Assembly: GCA_963829225.1 (NCBI GenBank)
Contig: CAWHHQ010000001.1
Location: forward strand, 136,053-200,052
DNA from: an uncultured Methanoregulaceae archaeon
Lineage (GTDB): Archaea; Halobacteriota; Methanomicrobia; Methanomicrobiales; Methanospirillaceae
Direction of reading: 5' to 3'
Length of the DNA stretch: 64,000 nt
The translations under genes were made by a program, and so were the position numbers. The notes beneath the pieces are model-generated. The model ran no database searches and was not told the origin of the DNA. It saw only the letters and a program-made list of their open reading frames with translations. Shown here one piece after another: positions 23,014 to 32,375 of this stretch (the first letter of the stretch is position 1; each line of letters opens with the position of its first letter).

Positions 23014-23718
23014 ATGAAAGATCTTCCTTCAGTATTCACAACCCTTCTGTTCGACATGGATAATACTCTTTTTGACCTTGTTGGAGCCCAGATCGCTGCC
23101 TGCCATTGCGTGGCCCGGCACCTGGATCAGGATGACGGGGAGGATCTCTTTTCATACTTTGAGACCGCCGGACATGGATTCGAATCCCACGAAAATATCC
23201 GCCAGTACATGGAAGAACGTGGTATTCCGGTTAATGGTTCCTATCGCACTGTTTGTCGTGTATATGAGACGGAAAAACTTCGGAACATCTCTGCCTACGA
23301 AGGAGTTTCCGGGACACTCGAGTCACTCCATGAACAGGGATATCATATGGGAATTGTGACCGATGCCTATGCCAGGGATGCAACACTCCGCCTGGAAAAA
23401 ACCGGACTATTGCCGTTCTTCTGTTCGATGGTAAGTTACGATATGGTGAAGGTAAAAAAACCTTCACCAGAGCCGTTCCTTTTTGCCCTTGAAATGATGA
23501 AGGCACAGGTCGGTGAAACGGTCCTGATTGGCGATAGCCCCCACCGGGATATCGAACCCTGCCGGTCGCTCGGCATTAAGACCGTCTATGCACGCTATGG
23601 GGATCGATTCTCGCGGGATCGACGGGCCACCGGGGCGGATTTCGTTATTGATGCCATGAGCGAGTTGCCGGATATTCTTCGTGAGCTGCAGGAAAAACCG
23701 GATAATTCTCGGTTATAA
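23014..23718 (+). CDS. HAD-superfamily hydrolase
   Basis: [20 protein letters not shown]. Confidence 0.88.
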   Translation: MKDLPSVFTTLLFDMDNTLFDLVGAQIAACHCVARHLDQDDGEDLFSYFETAGHGFESHENIRQYMEERGIPVNGSYRTVCRVYETEKLRNISAYEGVSGTLESLHEQGYHMGIVTDAYARDATLRLEKTGLLPFFCSMVSYDMVKVKKPSPEPFLFALEMMKAQVGETVLIGDSPHRDIEPCRSLGIKTVYARYGDRFSRDRRATGADFVIDAMSELPDILRELQEKPDNSRL

Positions 23719-23819
23719 TAACGGGAAACCTGAAAAAGGAGTATATTTATGACACAAAAAAGAAGATAGCGGAGGGAAAGCCACAAAAACTTAAAGAAAG
23801 AAAAAGATCAATAAAAACT

Positions 23820-24362
23820 ATGATTGTTCCGACAAGGATTTTTTTCACCAAGGGTGTTGGAGTCCACAAAGATCGCCTTGCGTCCTTTGAGCTTGCCTTG
23901 AGAAAGGCCGGAATTGAAAAATGCAACCTTGTCTATGTTTCCAGTATCTTCCCCCCGAATTGCCGGCAAATATCAAAGTCTGAGGGATTAAAACAGTTGA
24001 TGCCGGGCGGGATTACCTTCTGTGTCATGGCAAGGAACGAAACGAATGAACCGAACCGTCTCGTATCCTCAGCAATAGGGCTGGCACTTCCCAAGGATAC
24101 CGAGGAATACGGGTATCTGTCCGAACACCATGCCCATGGTGAGACCCAGGAAAAGACCGGGGAATATGCAGAAGACCTTGCAGCAACGATGCTTGCAACA
24201 ACACTCGGGATAGAATTCGATGTGAACCTCGCATGGCAGGAACGTGAACAGATCTATAAGGCGAGCGGAAAGATCATCAAGACAAAACATGTGTGCCAGT
24301 CGGCAGAAGGCGATAAGAACGGGCTCTGGAGCACCGTGATTGCAGCGGCGGTCTTTTTATAA
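23820..24362 (+). CDS. pdaD: Pyruvoyl-dependent arginine decarboxylase
   Basis: [25 protein letters not shown] (Ser-Ser self-cleavage site), GYLSEHH. Confidence 0.92.
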   Translation: MIVPTRIFFTKGVGVHKDRLASFELALRKAGIEKCNLVYVSSIFPPNCRQISKSEGLKQLMPGGITFCVMARNETNEPNRLVSSAIGLALPKDTEEYGYLSEHHAHGETQEKTGEYAEDLAATMLATTLGIEFDVNLAWQEREQIYKASGKIIKTKHVCQSAEGDKNGLWSTVIAAAVFL

Positions 24363-24444
24363 AACAGAACGAAGAAAGTCTCCATTTTTTTACGGTTTTT
24401 TTCAGAATCAATTTTTTTTGATCATTCTGTGTTAGGTAGAACCT

Positions 24445-24858
24445 GCATGAACAAACGACCCCTCTCATGCCGAAAAACTCCTGAAACAATGCCATAGCGT
24501 CAGACCTTCTGACCTCTGTACTCGTGGATAAAGGATACGACTCCGAAGAGATCCACGAATTGATCCAGGATACGCTCAATCGTTTTCATTGATACCCGTC
24601 AGAAACCGATAACATACACAAATCTCCCGGAAGTATTAACGAAGAATCGTTCAGTCATCCGATGAGGAAAAATATCATCAGAGAAATAGGATCGAAACTG
24701 TTTCTCCGTCATGAAAAGAAAGTTCGGAGAATCTCTCAGGGCAGGAAAATACCAGTTCCAGGTCAAGGAGATCAACGTCAGCGTGACCCCCGATAACATT
24801 TCAAGAATGATTTCAACATTTTCGTTCCGTTTTCCTCATTGAGGATTTCTCCAGAGCC
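24445..24858 (+). mobile_element. Degenerate IS5-family transposase 3' remnant with probable right terminal inverted repeat
   Basis: Broken frames give VDKGYDSEEIHELIQD, LIPVRNR, YHQRNRIETV, KRKFGESLRA..YQFQVKEI. It ends at gaggatttctccagagcc (reverse complement GGCTCTGGAGAAATCCTC). Confidence 0.75.
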
Positions 24859-24901
24859 GAATAAGGATAATTTTATATTGTCAACATGCTTATGTTGACA
24901 T

Positions 24902-25972
24902 ATGGCATTGTCAGCCAACGCGAACACGTTCAGGTACCGGAACATGATCCTGCTGCTTATCATAGCAGGAACGGCCGTATTGTTGATATCCCCCGTATCT
25001 GCGGAAACAGGAGTTACTATTTCCGCACAGGGAGATCAGTCCTATTATCTGGGGGAAGAACTGGTTTTGAGTGGATCTAATTATGATTCGGATTTCACGT
25101 ACCTCTTTATGACTGGATCTGGCATCTCCCCGAGTGGTGGAAAACTTACTTCGCCTCTTCAGAATGTAGTCAGCGGAGATACTGGTTCCTTCGACATGGT
25201 ACAGACAAAACCGGATAAAAAATGGGAATACACTCTTTACACCTATAATCTCGGAATTAATCCCGGGCCTTATGTCATATATGCAGTGAACCGGCCAGAA
25301 ACGGCAGCCCAGGTAACCGGTGTCGATAACAAATCCACCAGGGTAATATTCAAAAAACCATTCATAACTGCAAAGGTCACTCCATCTGCTGTTTCACAAG
25401 GACAGCCCTTCACGGTCACCGGATTTGCCGAAGGAAATCCGGGTGCTGTCCAGGCATGGATCATCGGAGATAACTATGTCTTTAATATGACCAGTCCGAC
25501 AAATCCCAATTCATCGTTTGCATTTACCATAGCCCCGCAGATCTCAGAAAAACTTCCCAAAGGACACTATTATCTCATAGTCCAGCACCCGATGCAGAAT
25601 AATGAGCTTGATATCGTTTTGAACACGGACTGGGTAACTAATCTCCAGTTCACCGGGGGAAGTCCAGGCGGCGGCATGAACCTCTTCAGGATTACCGGCG
25701 CAGGAAGTCTCCAGGGTCGTGACGCAGCAGAAGCGCTTATCGCTGCCCTCAATGACCCCGGTGTTGATGACACCTATACCGAGATCCCTCTCGTTGTCGA
25801 CGATAAAAACGGAACAATGAGTGAGGTATCCCTCTCCAGACCATCAACAATTCAGGCACAGGCAGCCCCGGCTACACCTGTTCAGCACCAGACCCCGGCA
25901 TCCCCGCTTCAGTATGCCCCCCTCGGAGCAATCGTTCTGATAGGGGGAATTGTTGTCTGGAGCCGGCATTGA
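24902..25972 (+). CDS. Exported cell-surface / S-layer-related protein with C-terminal TM anchor
   Basis: Signal peptide ending SPVSA; GAGSLQGRDAAEALIAALNDPGVDDTY, which resembles Methanomicrobiales S-layer-family proteins; Pro/Thr linker plus TM tail. Confidence 0.78.
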   Translation: MALSANANTFRYRNMILLLIIAGTAVLLISPVSAETGVTISAQGDQSYYLGEELVLSGSNYDSDFTYLFMTGSGISPSGGKLTSPLQNVVSGDTGSFDMVQTKPDKKWEYTLYTYNLGINPGPYVIYAVNRPETAAQVTGVDNKSTRVIFKKPFITAKVTPSAVSQGQPFTVTGFAEGNPGAVQAWIIGDNYVFNMTSPTNPNSSFAFTIAPQISEKLPKGHYYLIVQHPMQNNELDIVLNTDWVTNLQFTGGSPGGGMNLFRITGAGSLQGRDAAEALIAALNDPGVDDTYTEIPLVVDDKNGTMSEVSLSRPSTIQAQAAPATPVQHQTPASPLQYAPLGAIVLIGGIVVWSRH

Positions 25973-26153
25973 GAATCCATATTTTTTATCGAAAAATCCA
26001 GGTCCGGCTCATCACGCTCCGTAAAACAGTGAGTCTATAAGCTCATCAGTCCCGGGTATTTTTCATCGCAGCAGAGTCCGCAGATCGCCGGTGAGCGTTT
26101 CCGATTCACCCTCATGCGGAAGTCACTGTTGCCGGCCGGAAATGTTGGGAGGG

Positions 26154-26927
26154 TTATTGGGTTTTTTTATCTCGTTCGTTTGCAATACGCCGGATTTTCT
26201 GGGCAAGATCCAGGACGGCAATCCGTGCCGGGCTGTCTGCCCGGATTTGAGAAACCGGAGATGCTGCGAGGTCTGCTTTTTCAACCTCCGGATCATCAGG
26301 AATTACCGCGATTGGTATACTTTTGCCGATATCCACCGGTGCGGTACCGGATTTGAACCTGTTGAAAACGATCTGGATATGTTCCGGTTCGAGTCCCAGC
26401 TGGGTCGCAATCTCCCGTATACGCGAAATCGTCCGCAGTCCCCGGGCACCGGGATCGCTTACAATAAGGAGCATGTCCGGTTTTCCGAACGTCCCCCTGC
26501 TTATATGCTCCATACCGGCCTCAGTATCGATCACAACAAAACGGTAATCACCCTCAAGATGGTGCATGCATTCTGATAACAGGTCATTCGCAAAACAGTA
26601 GCACCCGCTCCCTTCCGGCCTTCCCATCGCCACAAGATCAAACCCGTTGGCCTCGACCAGGGCCTGCCGGAACCGGAACCTGACATAATCGTGACGACTC
26701 ATACCCGGGGGGATGTGACGAGTAAAGGCTTCTTCCCGCATCGACCCCAGCGATTCATGCACAGTGATCCCCAGTGCTTCGTGCAGGTTGGCATTCGGAT
26801 CGGCATCAATGGCGAGAACCGGGGTTTCTCCCAGATCGATGAACGAACGGATAAGAAGGGAACTGACCGTCGTCTTGCCTGTCCCTCCTTTTCCCGATAT
26901 CGCAATGGTAAAAGGATTTTTTTCCAT
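26154..26927 (-). CDS. cooC: CooC/AcsF-type nickel-insertion ATPase
   Basis: GKGGTGKT, IDADP, GSGCYC, DTEAGMEH. Confidence 0.9.
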   Translation of the reverse strand: MEKNPFTIAISGKGGTGKTTVSSLLIRSFIDLGETPVLAIDADPNANLHEALGITVHESLGSMREEAFTRHIPPGMSRHDYVRFRFRQALVEANGFDLVAMGRPEGSGCYCFANDLLSECMHHLEGDYRFVVIDTEAGMEHISRGTFGKPDMLLIVSDPGARGLRTISRIREIATQLGLEPEHIQIVFNRFKSGTAPVDIGKSIPIAVIPDDPEVEKADLAASPVSQIRADSPARIAVLDLAQKIRRIANERDKKTQ

Positions 26928-26954
26928 GAATTCCCTTCCTCTCCGGCACCCTTA

Positions 26955-28001
26955 TCAGCCGGGGTAATTCTCCCGGATACGCCGGGAGATTTCTGCGGCA
27001 GTCTGCATAATTGCAACCGCACCTTTTCGGTCGGCAAACCGTATTCCGCAGCTGGGTGTGATGAGGGACTGGGAGTCAAAGAGGTTTTCCGGCATGCAGA
27101 TGCAGAGCTGGGTCCTGATTGCACGAAAACGTTCATAGAGCCGTTCGGGGGTCTCGGTGGCAAATATCCTGTACTCCGCAGGGACTATCCCCCATGCTAC
27201 TACCCCTCCCTTTTCCATATAACCAACGATCGCATCAGCATACAACAGGAACTCTTTTGCCGTCGTATAGGCATCGATGGAAATGACTGAAGGCTGAAGG
27301 TCCATGACAAATTCCCAGTCCGTATTTGAACAACAGTGAATGCCGAGACCACCCTCGACCAGCGCCGCAATATCCTCCCAGCCGTTTCTTACCAGTTCCT
27401 TATCCAGCGGCACCACCGATGATCCCAATGACGCAAGGTAGGGTTCGTTCAAAACGACGAGGGTCTCTGCAACACCGGTCTTTTCTTTCATCTCGACCTC
27501 GCTCCACCGTGCCTTGAGCGCGATCATCTTCGAAAGCATATCGGCAAGTTGTGCATCATAATACATCGGGCGTTTGCCGGCATCAACTACCTGCATGCCG
27601 AACGTGACCGGGCCCGTCACCTGGCATTTCAGGACATTGGCCGGGGAGATGTCGCGGGTCATCATTTCGATGAAACCGGAGGCATATTCCTTATGGAGTC
27701 CGTAGGGAGCATAGTTGCCTTCCACGTAATCCAGATAGACCTGTTCCATCGCCGCAGTATTGTCAGTTGTGCTGTCATACAGGAGGCGGTCATCCCTGAT
27801 GAGTCTTCCCGGCATCTGCTCAGAGTCGTTAAAAACGATACTTTCCTGTTGTCCCCGTTCCGGAAGAGTCGGGACATAAGGGAACTCGGGAAATAGTGCC
27901 AGAACATCTTTGCACGCCTCTGCAGGATCGGTATGCGGGAGTGCTCCAACTCCGGTAGCACGGGAATGTGGCGAAGAGATCATCTTTGCCATCCGGATCA
28001 T
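26955..28001 (-). CDS. Core (catalytic-domain-only, folate-independent) methionine synthase, MesB-like
   Basis: 348 aa; TGVGALPH, KCQVTGPVT, NEPYL, Zn ligands GIHCC...ITPSCG; no N-terminal folate-binding barrel; ATGA overlap with the RACo stop. Confidence 0.78.
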   Translation of the reverse strand: MIRMAKMISSPHSRATGVGALPHTDPAEACKDVLALFPEFPYVPTLPERGQQESIVFNDSEQMPGRLIRDDRLLYDSTTDNTAAMEQVYLDYVEGNYAPYGLHKEYASGFIEMMTRDISPANVLKCQVTGPVTFGMQVVDAGKRPMYYDAQLADMLSKMIALKARWSEVEMKEKTGVAETLVVLNEPYLASLGSSVVPLDKELVRNGWEDIAALVEGGLGIHCCSNTDWEFVMDLQPSVISIDAYTTAKEFLLYADAIVGYMEKGGVVAWGIVPAEYRIFATETPERLYERFRAIRTQLCICMPENLFDSQSLITPSCGIRFADRKGAVAIMQTAAEISRRIRENYPG

Positions 28002-29899
28002 CCCTTCCTGATCCGGCAGGCTTCCAGAAGTTTCTGGACCATCGGGAATAAGGTGAGGTCCGTGTGCGGCAGGAATGTACTTGAGGTATATTCATCCATG
28101 AAGGAGGGTTCTGCATTGAGTTCGATGTACGCAATCCGTGATGCAATAATATCAAGTGTTTTTCGCTCCCGCCGGTTGATGAGCGCAAGATTCGCACCCG
28201 TCACTGCCCCGTTCCCGATATTTTTTATCCTCTCCAGTTCGATTTCGGGGATCAGCCCGATGATCGTTGCATTTTTCTTGTCCAGATAATTGCCGAATGC
28301 ACCGGCAAAATAAATCGTTGAGATTTCATGCCTCGTGACACCGGCCTCCTTCATCAGGGTTACACATGCCGCATGAATCGAAGCTTTGCTCATGATCAGG
28401 TTCTTGATGTCATTTTCCGTGATCACGATATCTTTTCCGATATCCGTTTCTTCAGCCCATGCGACGACAAATTCCGGAAAGTGAATGCCCGTCCTGACCC
28501 GTTTATTCTCTATGCCGGTATTAATCCGCCCGGTCCGGTCAATGACACATGCAGAGATGAGTTCTGCGAGTAGATCGATTAATCCCGACCCGGTAATACC
28601 CCGGGGTTTGATAGTGTTGATCGTACTAAAGCGGGGATCCAGGGTGAAGGGATCGACGGTAATTTTCTCGATTGCCCCGGGGTTTGCCCGCATGCCAAAA
28701 AGTACTTCTCCTCCTTCAAGAGCAGGGCCGGCGGCTCCGGCGCAGGAGAACATCCATTCCCTGTTCCCGAGAACAACCTCGAAGTTGGTACCGATATCGA
28801 TCAGAAGGGATATCTCCTCACGTTCGCTCATACCACAGGCAAGGATATCGGCAATAATGTCGCCACCGATAAAATCGCTGACCGCAGGGAACACAAAGAG
28901 GCCGCAGTTCTGGTTGCCGGCAATACCAATCCTGCCGGCCGCGACGGACAATGCCCGCTGGACCACCGGCACATAGGGTTCTGCAATGATATAGGCCGGA
29001 TCGATGCCGAGGAGCATATGGGTCATAACCGTGTTACCGGCAACCACCACCTCATAAATATCCTCGCGGTCAATTCCGGCAGTGTTTGAAGCAGAGGTGA
29101 GTGCGGTATTGATGCTCTCTGCAGCAAGGGCCTGCAGTTTGGTAAGGCCGTTCTTCCGGGCGAAATTCACCCGGGCGAGAATGTCTTCCCCGCAACTGAT
29201 CTGCCGGTTGTAATTCGAGGCAACCGCGACTACCTTGCCGCTGACCAGATCCCAGAGATACACGACAACCGTAGTCGAGCCCAGATCAACTGCTGCACCA
29301 AAGATGCGTTTTGACGTATCATTCTCCTGGAGATCAATCAGGCGGTAACCTCCGGGAACAAGGGCTACGGTCCCGGTTACCTTCCAGTCACTGTGCCGGA
29401 GAAGATTGGGTATTTCACGCATCACTTCCAGCGGAACATAAATTTTTTCAGCGACCGGCCCTCCGCTTCTCTGGACACCCCATAAAAGGCGGGTCAGGTC
29501 CGGTGAAGGATCGGTCAGGGTGGGTGGCTGTAGCTCAACGTAATATTTTCTGACAGAAGGATGAAATTCGATTCCCGCATCCCGTCCTTCGACGAGAATC
29601 TTTTGTTCCTGGATAAGGGTGCTCTCAGGAACAAATACCTTCAGATCGCCCTGCACGGTCGTTTCGCAGGCAAGACATGCTCCCTTACTCATTTCATCCC
29701 CGCTGAAAAACTGCGAATATTTTGAGCGATCAAATTCTGTTTTTCCCGACTGGACATAAACCACGCACTTACCGCATTTTCCCTGCCCGCCGCAGACTAC
29801 ATTGATATTCAGCCCGGCTCTCTGGGCTGCATCGAGAACGGTACTTCCCCGGGCGACATCGATCTTGCGATAACTGGGAAGAAAAGTTACGGTGCGCAT
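27998..29899 (-). CDS. Reductive activator of corrinoid Fe-S protein (RACo/AcsV; 2Fe-2S + ASKHA ATPase)
   Basis: CGGQGKCGKC...CLAC, DLGSTT, DIGTNFE, AAGPALEG, AGAFGNY. Confidence 0.9.
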   Translation of the reverse strand: MRTVTFLPSYRKIDVARGSTVLDAAQRAGLNINVVCGGQGKCGKCVVYVQSGKTEFDRSKYSQFFSGDEMSKGACLACETTVQGDLKVFVPESTLIQEQKILVEGRDAGIEFHPSVRKYYVELQPPTLTDPSPDLTRLLWGVQRSGGPVAEKIYVPLEVMREIPNLLRHSDWKVTGTVALVPGGYRLIDLQENDTSKRIFGAAVDLGSTTVVVYLWDLVSGKVVAVASNYNRQISCGEDILARVNFARKNGLTKLQALAAESINTALTSASNTAGIDREDIYEVVVAGNTVMTHMLLGIDPAYIIAEPYVPVVQRALSVAAGRIGIAGNQNCGLFVFPAVSDFIGGDIIADILACGMSEREEISLLIDIGTNFEVVLGNREWMFSCAGAAGPALEGGEVLFGMRANPGAIEKITVDPFTLDPRFSTINTIKPRGITGSGLIDLLAELISACVIDRTGRINTGIENKRVRTGIHFPEFVVAWAEETDIGKDIVITENDIKNLIMSKASIHAACVTLMKEAGVTRHEISTIYFAGAFGNYLDKKNATIIGLIPEIELERIKNIGNGAVTGANLALINRRERKTLDIIASRIAYIELNAEPSFMDEYTSSTFLPHTDLTLFPMVQKLLEACRIRKG

Positions 29900-30068
29900 G
29901 ATCTTTTTTGTCCTCACTAACAATAGGGAGAGGGATGAGAAATATGCTACGGTGGTAACGAACTGAGTTGGAGATTGGAATGAGCGAAAATTCCACCTTC
30001 CGGAAACAGGCATGACCCGGAATGCCACACCAGATCATTTGGCAGCGAAGATTGTTCCCAAAAAAGGA

Positions 30069-31409
30069 TCAACTTATTTTTTTCCATTCCTCATTCAGGT
30101 ATTCTCCGATCTCTGCTGCATCCCGGGGTCCGACCATCACCTTCCAGCCGGTTGCCTCTTCGATTCTTCCTGACAGCGGAGCGGCATACCCCGGGATGAT
30201 CAGTATTTTATGGGAAACTTCGTTTTCTACGTTAAATTTCATCAGTGAGTCTCGCACCAGCGTTTCACTGAATTTGCTCGCGGCTACTGCGGTCAGGACC
30301 GAGAGACCTTCCGTGTCAACAATCAGCATGAAACAGGGAACCCGGGAAGACTCCAGGTACCCCTGGAGGGTAAAAAACGTAAGCGAAAAGTTTACCGTGA
30401 CGAGAACTGGAGCATCTTTTCCCGGAGTCCCGACACGGTACAGGCCGGGATTCATCTGGATGGGTTTCTGGGGATCGGTGTATATATTCTGCCGGAGCGT
30501 AAGCGCAGCCTTTGATGACTCAGGTGAAAGAGGGGGAGTTACGATAACCGAAGCATATTTTACCATTCCCAAAGCGATTGCTGCATCCTGAAGACAGGGA
30601 TGAGTCGCATCCACAAATACCGGATAGCCCAGATCCGGAACTTCGCGGGTAATAGCGAGCTGCCGGATGGCAGTTGCTGTAGAAATATAATCACCAAGGG
30701 ATTGCGGACTCGGATCCATGACCAGTTTTTTTACTCCCCCTGCCAGGCAGTCCCTTGCAAGAGCGGTGAGGTTATCAAGTCCATGGGCTTTGATGACCAT
30801 CGGACAATTATGTTTTTTTGCAACGGCACACATGTCCCTGAAATTTTCACGGGTCGCTGCATGAATCAGGGGCTGGTCACTCCCGACCTGTACCAGCGCT
30901 GCATTGAGCGATTCAGTGCTCTCAGCCATCAGGACCAGGGGAAGATCCGCATGCTCCTCAACTGTGGCGACAGCACGCGCAAAAACTTCCGGGGACCTGC
31001 TCACGTTTTCGATTGCCATACCGTTAAACTTCAGATCAGAACCGATGCGGGTGAAGGTCTCGTCCCTGACCCGGAGGGTCGCCGCGGTAATCTCTTCCGG
31101 TGTCTGGGAATCGGAAACCTTGAACAGGATTCCGGGGGGGTGATAGAAGGTCTTGTCGTGACGATACAGGACAAACTCCTCGCCAACGGCAAATGATCGT
31201 TCCCCTACGCCAATTTTTACCAGCCGTATCGGGGGACGGGTAGTCGCACCGAGGACGGATTTTGCCTGATCGTCAAGATAGGGACAGAGATCCACATCGA
31301 CTTTCCCTCCAGCGAGTTTCATGGCAAAGGTAAGGCAGGTGGGATCGCCGCATTCCTTGCAGTTCTTTTTCGGCAGGAGCTTGTAGATATCCAGTGCCTT
31401 AAGCGCCAT
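30069..31409 (-). CDS. acsC: Corrinoid iron-sulfur protein large subunit (AcsC/CdhE)
   Basis: LPKKNCKECGDPTCLTFA...CPY, RQNIYTDPQKP, NFSLT, GLSVLTA; 446 aa. Confidence 0.93.
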   Translation of the reverse strand: MALKALDIYKLLPKKNCKECGDPTCLTFAMKLAGGKVDVDLCPYLDDQAKSVLGATTRPPIRLVKIGVGERSFAVGEEFVLYRHDKTFYHPPGILFKVSDSQTPEEITAATLRVRDETFTRIGSDLKFNGMAIENVSRSPEVFARAVATVEEHADLPLVLMAESTESLNAALVQVGSDQPLIHAATRENFRDMCAVAKKHNCPMVIKAHGLDNLTALARDCLAGGVKKLVMDPSPQSLGDYISTATAIRQLAITREVPDLGYPVFVDATHPCLQDAAIALGMVKYASVIVTPPLSPESSKAALTLRQNIYTDPQKPIQMNPGLYRVGTPGKDAPVLVTVNFSLTFFTLQGYLESSRVPCFMLIVDTEGLSVLTAVAASKFSETLVRDSLMKFNVENEVSHKILIIPGYAAPLSGRIEEATGWKVMVGPRDAAEIGEYLNEEWKKIS

Positions 31410-32365
31410 CCTGGTTCACCTCCGGGACGTTCACACCCTCTCTGATGCTGGCAAAAGCATTTTTAAGCATCATAACCGTCTTTGGATGACGGACGCAAAC
31501 GATCTCGGCACCCGCAACTGCCCCGGCGATGCCGGTATAAAATTCCCATTGTACGGCCATCTCATCCCGCCGGGAGGGTTCGGCTTCCCTGACTTCTTTT
31601 ATTGTCAGCGAATCAATGGCCGAACAAATCATGGGCATGGAAAGATCGGCATCGCCTTTCAGTGCAGAGAACCGGATCCTTTCCATTGCCGAATAAGAAT
31701 ATTCAAAACCATACCCGAGTGCTCCGGTGTAGGGATCGATAACAACATGGTCCCGCTGCACGCCGATCTCCCGCAAGAGAATATTCAGTTGTTTTGCGAG
31801 GTTGACATCAATCGGGGACTGGGCAATGAGCGAGTGATTATAGGCAAGAGCGGCAGCTGCAATGCTGCGGTATCTGCCCGGCCTCCGCGGTGCCGAGGAG
31901 AAGTCGTTCTCCCTGGGCCGTCTCGCCACACATCTGGAAAACCTCGCTATCGATCCGTGGTTCATTGCTGCCTTCGATGATCAACGGGAGTCCGGTAGCC
32001 GAGAGGACAGCCTCTATCGTCTTTCCCAGGGACCCAATATCGGAAAAATTCCTTTGACGAGTGCTGGTAAGGTAGAGACGAACCAGATCGGCACCATAGA
32101 CCGTTTCGGCAGTTTTTGCCCATGTATCCACGTTGTTGACCAGATCGCCACAGTAATATTTTATGACCGGTGACCAGTAAACCGGATCATCACAGATCTC
32201 CAGAGCCACCAGAGGAGTTTTTGAGGGTGAGGGTTCAAGGAAGGGGAGGGTTGTCCCCCCACCAATACAATAGGATGTTTTTCGTGTTCCTCCCTCCTCC
32301 CGCGTGGCGCCAAGAATCACCGTGCCAATCGCGCCGGTCCAGCCAAAATGAAGATCATAAACCAT
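31399..32365 (-). CDS. acsD: Corrinoid iron-sulfur protein small subunit (AcsD/CdhD), +1 indel at ~31876
   Basis: IGGGTTLPFL, SPIDVNLAKQLN, ALGYGFEYSYSAMERIR. The two ORFs join as GTAEAG|RYRSIAAAAL (~321 aa). Confidence 0.9.
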
Positions 32366-32375
32366 AGAAGATACC

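Noticed and set aside
29900-30068. Possible regulatory RNA (SAM or cobalamin riboswitch) between acsC and RACo
   Set aside because: Only weak short stems; no riboswitch consensus elements recognised.
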